Notes under the pieces: generated by a model
Databases searched by the model: none
The model's input: the letters and a program-made list of their open reading frames with translations, nothing else
What the model was told of the DNA's origin: nothing
Shown: positions 17,265 to 25,693 of the stretch, piece after piece
Layout of the letters: every line of letters starts with the position of its first letter
Position numbering within the stretch: position 1 is the first letter of the stretch
Program-made: the position numbers and the translations under genes
Source of the DNA: a virus
Taxonomy: Duplodnaviria; Caudoviricetes
IMG/VR virus record: IMGVR_UViG_3300017778_001757
Span: 1-26,360 of that record
Reading direction: 5' to 3' (one strand)
DNA length: 26,360 nt

Positions 17265-20039
17265 TTTTTCTTTCCAACCTTCTTCTGCTAAGTCGTACAT
17301 ATAGTCAGGGTTAAGACCTCTCTTTCCCCAATATGACAACTCAGCTTCTGTGATGTCTAACACATCCTCTTGTAATCTATCTTGAGAACCCTCATCTAAA
17401 GGGTGACCATTAATAAGTTCACATTGAGTTGTTGTGAAGATACCTCTATCTGCAGGGTCATTAACAATTAAATTATTTCTAACCTCATCCTTAAAGACAA
17501 CCATCAAAGGTTCAATTCTTTTATTGAATGTTGTAATTGCTCTTGGTACATTGTAATCTCCTGTTAAATTAGGGTCGTTATCTAAAATATCCTTGTCTAA
17601 CATATAACAGTTTACCATAACCCCATCGGTAATAGGTTTTGTCTTAGGGTTCATAAGTGCGTTATACGCGTTTGTGTCTTTAATCTGTTTTACAGTCATC
17701 TTCTGAACATCACCCTGAGATGCTTTGGTACCATTGTTAACGTACATAATCACATCACCTAAGTTTACACTCAAATTGTTTTGTAAAGCCAACTCCATGT
17801 GAGCCATTCTACTCATACTATTACCAGACTTGGTCTTAGTGGTTAATCTTTTAGTATAATCATCAAGACTTAATTTAACTCTAGCTCTTTGAGCAATCTT
17901 ACTTAATGGTATTTTCTTATCAAATATAGTTTGAAGATACTCGTAGTAATATTCCACAAACGCTTTACCATTACCTTGTAATAACATCTCGATACCTTTA
18001 TCTAAGAACGTTTCAATATACAATGGAAGTTTCTTAGATTTGATACTATTACCTGTTAATTTAATCTTACCCTTGGCATCCATAACCGCATAGTTCTTAC
18101 GAGCTAAGTTAATGGTTGATGGCCAAACACCGTCAGTGTCAAGAGCCATCTCACCTCTCATGAAGATATCGTTGTACTCAGCAACATCAGCTTCAGGTCC
18201 GTAGTATTCCTTACCCTCTTTAACTTTCCAATTCAATCCACGTCCAACATACACTCTGTTGTTTGCTTCATCAGGAGTTGAGAAGTTTACACCGTCAGTA
18301 TCCATCACCAATGGAACATATCCTTTAGTCATAAAGTACCTAATCATCTGACGAAGATATTGTCTACCAGTACAAGTAATCTGTTCACCCATGTACATGT
18401 CACCCCAAGCATAAACCTGAGGAGCTGATAACGCACCGAACATCGAGTTAATGAAAATCTTAATCGGTAACTGTTTGTTACCATATGATTCAGATTTCTT
18501 ACGGTCAGTTGTGTAGAATTCCTCAGCAAGTTGTTTGTATTTGATACGGGTATTACGGAAATAACTTAACATACCTTTCATCGCACCTGTCACATCACAG
18601 TCGGGGAACACATCGTGTACCAGCTGAATAGAAGGGTATAGAGACGAGAAGTCGAGCTTTAATACATTCTTACTATACCCAACCTTAAGTAGTCGAGAAA
18701 GACCTCCTACGAAGTCTGTCTTGGATTCTTTAGCAGGTATTGCAAGTCCATGTTTATGAGACCATGCCAACATCAACATCTTCCATAATGTTGCAGTACC
18801 CATTGTAGATACTCTCTCATATGTTGTTGGAATCATCGCAGCCAACAAGAACGAACCTTGGTTGAACTCTTGGTCCACCTTAAGGGTTTCATCTAAGTCA
18901 TCGTCAAGATACATCTCGACTAACTTGTCACCTGTGATTTTATTATATACGTCAGTACGTTTAGAACAAGCTGCGTCAATCTTAGAATCAACACCAACTT
19001 TCTTGTACTTACCGTTTTGAATGTTTAACCAAAAGTCTTCCTTCTTAGCATAGAATGGACCGATATCTGTGTGGTCAATATATACACGGTCAGGAGCCTC
19101 CGCATTAATAAATTGGGTGATATACTTCAAACCCGCAGCTTTAATACTTGAGTTAATAGCCTGAGCTCTACGAACAGCGTGGATAATATCAATTACGTTG
19201 TAACCCCAAATAGAAGTTTGAGTAAAGTTCTCAACCTCATTGGCAAGTTTCAACATACTATCTTTTCTTGTGAACGAATGGTCGGGATGTAATGACTTAC
19301 AAATCTTCTTTGGGTCGATACCTAAGATTCTACATCTTTCGAATATCCAATGCCAGTCGAAGTTCGCTGAGTTATAACCACCGATGATACTTGGTTTAAG
19401 TTCGTTGATTACTTTGAAGAATTCGATGATGGCGTTTCTCTCTTCAGATTCATCCATACATTCGATTACTCTGTGGTAACCTTTATTGGTTTTAATTCCA
19501 ATCATGAAGATACGACCGTGTTGAGGTTCAAGAGCAGTCGTCTCTAAGTCATATACCATTCGGGTCACCTCTTCGTAGTTCTCAAAACCTTTGAAGAGTC
19601 TTTTTTCTTTTGAAATTAAATATTGTTCTACGGGAGGTAGAATCATTACTTTGTCTTTGGTCTTATCTCCCCATGGGTCACATCCGCCTTCTCTAAAGAA
19701 TTGGATAAGTTCTCTGTAACCTTTTAGTGATTTAACCATGAAAGTCATACCTCTTTGTAATCTATCATTACCGTGAGTTTCTAACTTATCAATCGTAATA
19801 CCATGTTTGGTCATGGCTTCTTTCTGAGCCGCTTTGGAACCACCGTAGAAGTTAAGTTCACGTAAGTCACCCACCCACGCAAATGGTGTGAATGTGTCTT
19901 TTCGGATTTCTTTTCCTTTACCAGGGATTTCTTTGATTTTGTAAACGCAGTTCTCGCGATAGTCGTATTCAATGGCGACTATAAATTCTTCGGGGTCGTT
20001 TCCGTGTAGGAACGATTCAATATCTTGGTCTGTAAACAT
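17241..20039 (-). CDS. polB: Family B DNA polymerase with 3'-5' exonuclease (932 aa)
   Basis: Exo I YDLETT, Exo II GYNSANFDW, Exo III YLDDD; Pol motif A DFSSLYPS, B KIFINSMFG, C DTDG; KNYA. Confidence 0.95.
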   Translation of the reverse strand: MFTDQDIESFLHGNDPEEFIVAIEYDYRENCVYKIKEIPGKGKEIRKDTFTPFAWVGDLRELNFYGGSKAAQKEAMTKHGITIDKLETHGNDRLQRGMTFMVKSLKGYRELIQFFREGGCDPWGDKTKDKVMILPPVEQYLISKEKRLFKGFENYEEVTRMVYDLETTALEPQHGRIFMIGIKTNKGYHRVIECMDESEERNAIIEFFKVINELKPSIIGGYNSANFDWHWIFERCRILGIDPKKICKSLHPDHSFTRKDSMLKLANEVENFTQTSIWGYNVIDIIHAVRRAQAINSSIKAAGLKYITQFINAEAPDRVYIDHTDIGPFYAKKEDFWLNIQNGKYKKVGVDSKIDAACSKRTDVYNKITGDKLVEMYLDDDLDETLKVDQEFNQGSFLLAAMIPTTYERVSTMGTATLWKMLMLAWSHKHGLAIPAKESKTDFVGGLSRLLKVGYSKNVLKLDFSSLYPSIQLVHDVFPDCDVTGAMKGMLSYFRNTRIKYKQLAEEFYTTDRKKSESYGNKQLPIKIFINSMFGALSAPQVYAWGDMYMGEQITCTGRQYLRQMIRYFMTKGYVPLVMDTDGVNFSTPDEANNRVYVGRGLNWKVKEGKEYYGPEADVAEYNDIFMRGEMALDTDGVWPSTINLARKNYAVMDAKGKIKLTGNSIKSKKLPLYIETFLDKGIEMLLQGNGKAFVEYYYEYLQTIFDKKIPLSKIAQRARVKLSLDDYTKRLTTKTKSGNSMSRMAHMELALQNNLSVNLGDVIMYVNNGTKASQGDVQKMTVKQIKDTNAYNALMNPKTKPITDGVMVNCYMLDKDILDNDPNLTGDYNVPRAITTFNKRIEPLMVVFKDEVRNNLIVNDPADRGIFTTTQCELINGHPLDEGSQDRLQEDVLDITEAELSYWGKRGLNPDYMYDLAEEGWKEKLGLLQTV

Positions 20040-20102
20040 ATGTAATTTTCGAGTGGTTTATTGGCAATCACAACATTGTGAAGTTTACCTTACTCATCAT
20101 AT

Positions 20103-20133
20103 ATAAATATAAAAAAATAAAACTCTTAGTCAA
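20103..20133 (-). promoter_or_regulatory. polB promoter region
   Basis: TTGACT (20133-20128)-16 nt-TATATTTA, which also contains TATTTAT (20109-20103); directly downstream of a terminator. Confidence 0.55.
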
Positions 20134-20146
20134 ACTACGGACCAAT

Positions 20147-20174
20147 AAAAAACCCGACACTTTCATATCGGGTT
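20147..20174 (-). terminator. Intrinsic terminator
   Basis: Minus strand AACCCGA-TAT-GAAA-GTG-TCGGGTT followed by TTTT; GNRA loop; 7 nt after the stop of 20182..20673. Confidence 0.8.
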
Positions 20175-20181
20175 GGTTGTT

Positions 20182-20673
20182 CTATAAAGAAATTCTTGGG
20201 CTATTCTGATTTGTTCCGAACTTTTTAAGATAATTTCCGTTTAAAGAAAACACTGAAGTAATAATTTTATAATTTTTTAAATCTTCCGTCAAAATGATTA
20301 TTTCGACAAAGTCCATGTATTGAGGTAAGTTTAAAGACTCTCCAACTCTTTTACTAAAAACAATAGTGTTGTTGGGTCTTACTAAACTTAATTTGGACAT
20401 CGCCTTCTTAATTGTGTCAAATTCGTTAATAAAGATATCTTTAATTATCTTATTTGGAACTCCAACCCTTTCATAAAACTTTGGGTTATTTACAAAGTTA
20501 TCTTCGTAAATTTCCACAATCTCTCCAAGTGATTTTGTACCTTGTCTTTCTCTCGATTGGTGGTAGGTTGCTGTGAGATTAATTAAAAACCCGTCGCGAA
20601 CAAAGTGGGTTACAGGTGTTGTACTTTCACCCTCTTCTAATATTAGTTGGGAAAGTAAATTTGTTAACCTCAT
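20182..20673 (-). CDS. Hypothetical protein (163 aa)
   Basis: Clean ORF starting 1 nt after the upstream stop and followed by a terminator; N-terminal leader MRLTNLLSQLILEE. Confidence 0.7.
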   Translation of the reverse strand: MRLTNLLSQLILEEGESTTPVTHFVRDGFLINLTATYHQSRERQGTKSLGEIVEIYEDNFVNNPKFYERVGVPNKIIKDIFINEFDTIKKAMSKLSLVRPNNTIVFSKRVGESLNLPQYMDFVEIIILTEDLKNYKIITSVFSLNGNYLKKFGTNQNSPRISL

Positions 20674-20674
20674 A

Positions 20675-21052
20675 TTAACAACAAGCGGTTTTAGATATGA
20701 AACTATCTTGTATGTTTATGTAAAGTTCCTCTCTAATTGGAAGGATTAAATTACCCTCATCATTTTGTATTAAAAACTGTCCTGTATATCTTCCAGGTGT
20801 GTTAGTATCTCTTTCAGTAAACTTGAAATAAATGTAATATTCAGGGTCGGCACCTTCAGGTAAGATTAGATTAACAATCTCACATGGAGCTGAAACTATT
20901 TTAGGAATTCCTGTTTCCACTTCAATCATAGTAAAGTAGATGGTGGAAACTTCCAAGTCTTGCATAAGTTGCAAATAACCTGACCTCCCGTCTTTTACTA
21001 CCTGCATTTTTAAAACAGGTAAAGTTGCATTCTTTTTTATATAAAATTCCAT
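20675..21052 (-). CDS. BppU N-terminal-like (Ig-like) baseplate/fibre-associated protein (125 aa)
   Basis: FYIKKNATLPVL...YFKFTERDTNTPGRYTGQFLI...LILP pattern. Confidence 0.55.
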   Translation of the reverse strand: MEFYIKKNATLPVLKMQVVKDGRSGYLQLMQDLEVSTIYFTMIEVETGIPKIVSAPCEIVNLILPEGADPEYYIYFKFTERDTNTPGRYTGQFLIQNDEGNLILPIREELYINIQDSFISKTACC

Positions 21053-21056
21053 AACA

Positions 21057-21063
21057 ATAAATA
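21057..21063 (-). promoter_or_regulatory. TATTTAT motif, candidate phage late promoter
   Basis: GTATATTTATTG 4 nt upstream of ATG 21052, within a 16-nt intergenic gap. Confidence 0.5.
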
Positions 21064-21068
21064 TACTG

Positions 21069-22742
21069 TTATGATTCTTTACGCAACTCTCTATTATAAT
21101 GTTCGAATCTATCGTGTTCCGTAGGTGTCATAAGTAATAAACCTGGATAAAGTTCATCTTTTTTAACTAATTGATACATTTGACTCATCCACGTTTGTTC
21201 GAACGGGTGTGCCCATGTTGTATCTAAGAACATCTTTTTATTACCTATTCTACTAACAATCTGTGGCCAGTTACAATAGTAAACTTCACCCACGGCATAT
21301 GGTACCCCTTTGTGGGATAAAACTGCGTTGAATTGAGTTTTAGGTGCGTTAGGGTCAAGTCCAATTTGAGGTAATCTTGGTTTTCCTGGCCAAAACTCTT
21401 CTCTTACAGATTGAGGTACATTATACCATGACCATTGAGTTCCATTGTCACCATAAAATTCGGAGTAATTCATTTTTAAGAAATCAAAATTCTCTTTTTT
21501 AATAATCTCTAATGACTTGGAGTATAGGTTTGGAGTGTATCTACTAAATCCGTTTCTACAAACAGTTCCTTCATTTGGAAAGAAAAACATATCGTCTTCG
21601 AAAAACAAATAATAATCCAAATCTGTTTGGTCAAAATGCTCGGCAATCCATTGTCTTCCACCACAAATACCTAAGTTGTTTTTTTTAATGTGTTCAAAAC
21701 CAAACTCATCACAAATTTTAATGTATTCTTCAGTTGTGGATAAATCAGACGAATTGTCTAATAAAAACTTTTTAGTCTTTAAAATATAATCTCCATCATA
21801 AGCCAACATAGAATCAATAAGAGTTCTAAATTGTTTAGGACTATTAAATGTAATAACATATAGTCCAACTTTGTTAGTATCCAATGTGTTACTTTCTTTA
21901 CCAGCATTTTCACTTTTTACTTTAAGTTCATCATTTTTTAAATCTTCGAAAAACTTACCAACAAGTCCGTTAGAATCGATTTCAAAGTAATTAATTAAAT
22001 CAGAATGTTTATATGACATAATACTGAAAATTGATTCTTCAGTACCCATGTATCCTTCATCTAATGTGGATTTTAACAATCCATAATAAATTCCATTAAT
22101 GTCTCCAATACTTTCTTTTGGTCCACCAAAAAATCCTCCACGAGAAACCTTGGTTACTTTGGCACCTGCAAGATAATTTAACTTATTATATTCAAAACCA
22201 TGAATTTCATTCTCAGCGCCATACGGGAAACTAATGAATGAAAATTTTGAAATATATTTTGAAAGTTTATCTAACACTTTATCGTGAGTGAAATAACCTG
22301 GATGAACTGTGTTTGTTAACCCACCATCAATCCAAAACATATATTCAGAATTGAATTGGTCCATGATTTTGGCATCGTGTAACAAAAACACTTTAGACAT
22401 TACTAATGGATTATAGTTCTCCAAACGAGCCTGTGTTGATTCCTTTAACCAACCAACTTGATTTTGCCAATCAGGGTTTGTTCTAATTTTTTGAATTAAA
22501 GGAAAGAATTCTGAATTGGTAAACCATGACAATGGTCTAACAATAAATTGAGTGTTTTCAGGTTTTCTTTTTTTGAAAACAAATTCTCTTAATTCTTCAT
22601 CACCAAAAACTATAAGGTTTTCTTCAACCTCTAATAGTTTTTCAAACTTGTCTAAATAATGTTGGTAAGGTCTAGACCAACCTTCGGTAAGTTCTCCTCT
22701 ACCGATATCCCATATACCTGTTACTAAAGTTATATTACTCAT
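21069..22742 (-). CDS. Two-domain glycosyltransferase: HtrL/YibB-like + GT2-like (557 aa)
   Basis: N-terminal ITLVTGIWDIGRG, SKVFLL, FWIDGG, GGFFGG, TEE; C-terminal YVITFNSP, LLDNSS, NLGICGGR, FFEDD. Confidence 0.75.
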   Translation of the reverse strand: MSNITLVTGIWDIGRGELTEGWSRPYQHYLDKFEKLLEVEENLIVFGDEELREFVFKKRKPENTQFIVRPLSWFTNSEFFPLIQKIRTNPDWQNQVGWLKESTQARLENYNPLVMSKVFLLHDAKIMDQFNSEYMFWIDGGLTNTVHPGYFTHDKVLDKLSKYISKFSFISFPYGAENEIHGFEYNKLNYLAGAKVTKVSRGGFFGGPKESIGDINGIYYGLLKSTLDEGYMGTEESIFSIMSYKHSDLINYFEIDSNGLVGKFFEDLKNDELKVKSENAGKESNTLDTNKVGLYVITFNSPKQFRTLIDSMLAYDGDYILKTKKFLLDNSSDLSTTEEYIKICDEFGFEHIKKNNLGICGGRQWIAEHFDQTDLDYYLFFEDDMFFFPNEGTVCRNGFSRYTPNLYSKSLEIIKKENFDFLKMNYSEFYGDNGTQWSWYNVPQSVREEFWPGKPRLPQIGLDPNAPKTQFNAVLSHKGVPYAVGEVYYCNWPQIVSRIGNKKMFLDTTWAHPFEQTWMSQMYQLVKKDELYPGLLLMTPTEHDRFEHYNRELRKES

Positions 22743-23616
22743 ATATTCTGTTGAATTCTTCTAAAATTTTATAAAAACTTTTATTCTGTTCAAAAAGTTC
22801 ATTTGTTACTCCTTTAGGAGCGTTATCTCTACACCACCAAATATCGAAATGTTTTCTCTGAAATAAATCCAAATGGTTAAAATACATTAAAGTCATTACA
22901 TGTTCTTCATGCGGTATACCTTTGTCTTCAGTTATTATTTTTTGAACATAGTCTTCAAATAAATTAACAACCTCATCCCACTTATCTCTGTGTCCACCGA
23001 ACATACCACCGATTACGTGGATACTTCTATCGTACTCTGTATACCATTTTCTATCAACAGTACCCGACCAATAGTTTCTATCATTCTCTTTACCTAAAAT
23101 TAGAAACTTATCGCCAGTATCTTCAATAACATTCTTTAAAAATTCGTTATTGAATAAAACGCTTTCGTAATATCTTTGTTGAATATGTTCACTTGTTAGA
23201 TATTTTAAAGGTATTAAACCACAATGTGATAATCCCGCATCAATCCAATAGTAATAATCGTAAGACTTATCTTCATTCCACCACCAATGAAACTTACTGT
23301 ATTGAACCTCAACACATCTGTCTCCATTTTTAGTTTCTTCAATGTTTTTATATTGATTGATTAAATCTTTGAATTTTGTATTTGCAATATTAAAAACTTG
23401 GAATTTTAGTTTGTCTTTTGATATTGAATGTTCATTGTAAAAGAACTCTTCCAATGAAGGTAATTCTCTATCTGAAGTATAACATAGGAAATCTGCGTCT
23501 GTCATCTTTAAAAGTGATAATAAACTATACCTATAATGTCCTCCTCTATTGGGTCTTCCTCCAAATTCGGTGCCGTATAAATCACTATATATTGATGTTA
23601 TAAATTTAACTGACAT
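22735..23616 (-). CDS. HtrL/YibB-like putative glycosyltransferase (293 aa)
   Basis: FITSIY, YSKF, YWIDAGL, IGGMFGG, HEE; paralogous to the N-terminal half of the next gene. Confidence 0.7.
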   Translation of the reverse strand: MSVKFITSIYSDLYGTEFGGRPNRGGHYRYSLLSLLKMTDADFLCYTSDRELPSLEEFFYNEHSISKDKLKFQVFNIANTKFKDLINQYKNIEETKNGDRCVEVQYSKFHWWWNEDKSYDYYYWIDAGLSHCGLIPLKYLTSEHIQQRYYESVLFNNEFLKNVIEDTGDKFLILGKENDRNYWSGTVDRKWYTEYDRSIHVIGGMFGGHRDKWDEVVNLFEDYVQKIITEDKGIPHEEHVMTLMYFNHLDLFQRKHFDIWWCRDNAPKGVTNELFEQNKSFYKILEEFNRIYE

Positions 23617-24352
23617 AATAATATTCTTTGTGTTCGTTTCTATCCTTAATCTCTTGAACTTTGTATTGGTCCATAAATTCGTTAGGAATTTTTGTAGGAC
23701 ACCATCTATTCCAATTGTATGTTTGCATATACCAATTGTTATAAACTCCTTCAGAGATATTAGAATAACTTGTTTTTTGAGGTGCGATTGGAATTATAGG
23801 ACAATAACTCTGATGTTTTTGAACTATAAACTTAAAGGTATAATCGTCCAAAGCGTGAAAGTATTCTCCACTACTTGTGAACGCAGTTAAAGATATGTCA
23901 AACATTGTATCATAAATTGATTGGTCATAAATAACCATGTTTGCCCCAAATATACCTCTCGCCTCTTCAGGTGCTTCGGGTAAATTTGTCATGTCTAATA
24001 ACAATTCACACTTCTCACTAATGTTTATTGGTCTGTTTTGAGTTGGTCCTAAATTCATCATTGCGAATTCTAAATCAGGACACTCCTCTTCTATTTTTTG
24101 TAATAAATCTTTTGCATAAGGCATTACACCACAATCATCCTCAATAATCATAACACGAGGATAATTTCTTTCTTTAGCAATTTTTATTACTTCTAAAGTT
24201 GATTTGGTAATACCCATATAAGAATTGGTATCAATCGCTGAGAATCTTTCGAATTCCCATCCAAGATATTCCATCTCTTTGGTGATTGACTCCATTCTAT
24301 CGGGTCTTCTATCCAAGTTTATCACAAACTTGGGAATTTCATTAAACTTCAT
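23606..24352 (-). CDS. GT25-like glycosyltransferase (248 aa)
   Basis: FVINLDRRPDR, ERFSAID, MIIEDD. Confidence 0.8.
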   Translation of the reverse strand: MKFNEIPKFVINLDRRPDRMESITKEMEYLGWEFERFSAIDTNSYMGITKSTLEVIKIAKERNYPRVMIIEDDCGVMPYAKDLLQKIEEECPDLEFAMMNLGPTQNRPINISEKCELLLDMTNLPEAPEEARGIFGANMVIYDQSIYDTMFDISLTAFTSSGEYFHALDDYTFKFIVQKHQSYCPIIPIAPQKTSYSNISEGVYNNWYMQTYNWNRWCPTKIPNEFMDQYKVQEIKDRNEHKEYYYVS

Positions 24353-25617
24353 TAACTAACGTGATTGTGAGTTAATCGACCTGTTATTCTATCACACCAT
24401 CCTTTAGATTCTGAGTGAGGCCATACAACCCAGTAAGTTGGCATTTCATCTGTTTGGAAATCTCTCCATACCTTACAGTACTTATCAGGGTCTCTCATGA
24501 ATCCTGCAATCTCATTTTTGTCGGCATCTTTTCTATAAAGAGTTTCGTCTTTGTCGTTATGGAATGCAACAACCCAAAAATCATAATCAGTTTCAGTTAC
24601 TTGAGAATATCCAATATCGATACAATGTTTAAACACCATACAGAAACTATCTTTCCATTCTTGTTCCGTCTCAAAGTTATAAGGGTTTGGTGGATAGTTT
24701 TTATCTAAAGTATATTTGTCGATTGCTCTTTTTTCGAATAAAAGACCTGAATATTTTTCATAATCTTTTAAAGTTCTAACGGTACCAAATCCATATTGTC
24801 CTTCATGTCCTTCTTGAGTTTCACCGTCCATACCAAATAACTTTCTATTTGTTAAGTGAGAGTGACTATTTTTTTGACCCCAAGTCTTATCGTCATCCCA
24901 TTGTTTAGTTCTACCTTTACGAGTGTACTCGTGGTAAACTACAGGAATATGTGTGTGGAATAAATCGTAACCCCATGTGTAAGCTCTTGCTGCAATTGAA
25001 ATTTCTTCACCATGGAAATAGTATTCAGGATTGTGTTGAACTTCTTTTGAGAACTCTCCTAATGTGAAACAGAAGTGAGCTGAGTAGAATCTTGATGTTA
25101 CTGGTTTCTTCATCTCTCTCCAACCTGGTATTGTTTCAGGTAAAAAGAATACTGCTCCTTCAGGAATAAATCTATCAAAGGCCATTCTCCAAGCATCGGT
25201 TGCTCTTCCTGCTGGGTCATTTTCAGGGTCGAAGGATGGTACATAACCCGTAAGTAGAGGCTTCTTGTACCCATCCTTTTGTAGACCCTTAATCATCTTG
25301 ATTAAGACATCGTCCCAATCTTTGATAAATCTCATGTGAGAGTCAATTTGTAATGTATATGATTCCCCGTCATAAAGTTGTTGAGTTAGGTTTCTTGCCC
25401 AACATACACCTTTGGCTTCTTCATAAGGAATATCTAATATTTTAAATCTTTTGTCGTCTCTGTACTCATCCAAATTATCGAATCCGTCTTCTTCAGCGAA
25501 TTGTCTTGCGATTGAAAATACCAAGTTTTTTGGTCTCTTAGCGTTTGCCAACATATCTTTTATGGTTGGAATCAGTTGTGGGTCTCTATAAGACGCAATT
25601 TGTACAAAAATTTTCAT
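24352..25617 (-). CDS. GT60 / Gnt1-like polypeptide GlcNAc-transferase (421 aa)
   Basis: IFVQIASYRDP, GVCWAR, LQIDSHMRF (DxH), FHGEE, GYDLF, VVYHEY; about 100 extra C-terminal residues. Confidence 0.8.
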   Translation of the reverse strand: MKIFVQIASYRDPQLIPTIKDMLANAKRPKNLVFSIARQFAEEDGFDNLDEYRDDKRFKILDIPYEEAKGVCWARNLTQQLYDGESYTLQIDSHMRFIKDWDDVLIKMIKGLQKDGYKKPLLTGYVPSFDPENDPAGRATDAWRMAFDRFIPEGAVFFLPETIPGWREMKKPVTSRFYSAHFCFTLGEFSKEVQHNPEYYFHGEEISIAARAYTWGYDLFHTHIPVVYHEYTRKGRTKQWDDDKTWGQKNSHSHLTNRKLFGMDGETQEGHEGQYGFGTVRTLKDYEKYSGLLFEKRAIDKYTLDKNYPPNPYNFETEQEWKDSFCMVFKHCIDIGYSQVTETDYDFWVVAFHNDKDETLYRKDADKNEIAGFMRDPDKYCKVWRDFQTDEMPTYWVVWPHSESKGWCDRITGRLTHNHVS

Positions 25618-25641
25618 TTAAAGTGTATTTTGTATAAAAAT

Positions 25642-25671
25642 AAAAAACCCTCCACAAAAGTAGAGGGTTTT
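25642..25671. terminator. Intrinsic terminator, potentially bidirectional
   Basis: AAAACCCTC (25644-25652) / GAGGGTTTT (25663-25671) inverted repeat flanked by A and T tracts. Confidence 0.75.
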
Positions 25672-25693
25672 ATTTATATTATTTTTTTTAATT

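Noticed and set aside
17241-20039. Intein or intron in the DNA polymerase
   Set aside because: Length and motif spacing are normal; no intein termini or homing-endonuclease motifs seen
14432-24708. ORFs 14432..14743, 18344..18529, 23418..23603, 23549..23890 and 24415..24708
   Set aside because: Shadow ORFs of the SOD, PolB and glycosyltransferase genes
12085-25617. Eukaryotic giant virus (NCLDV) origin suggested by SET, SNF2, SOD, PolB and GT60
   Set aside because: These genes are interleaved with sheath, tube and neck genes and bacterial-type intrinsic terminators
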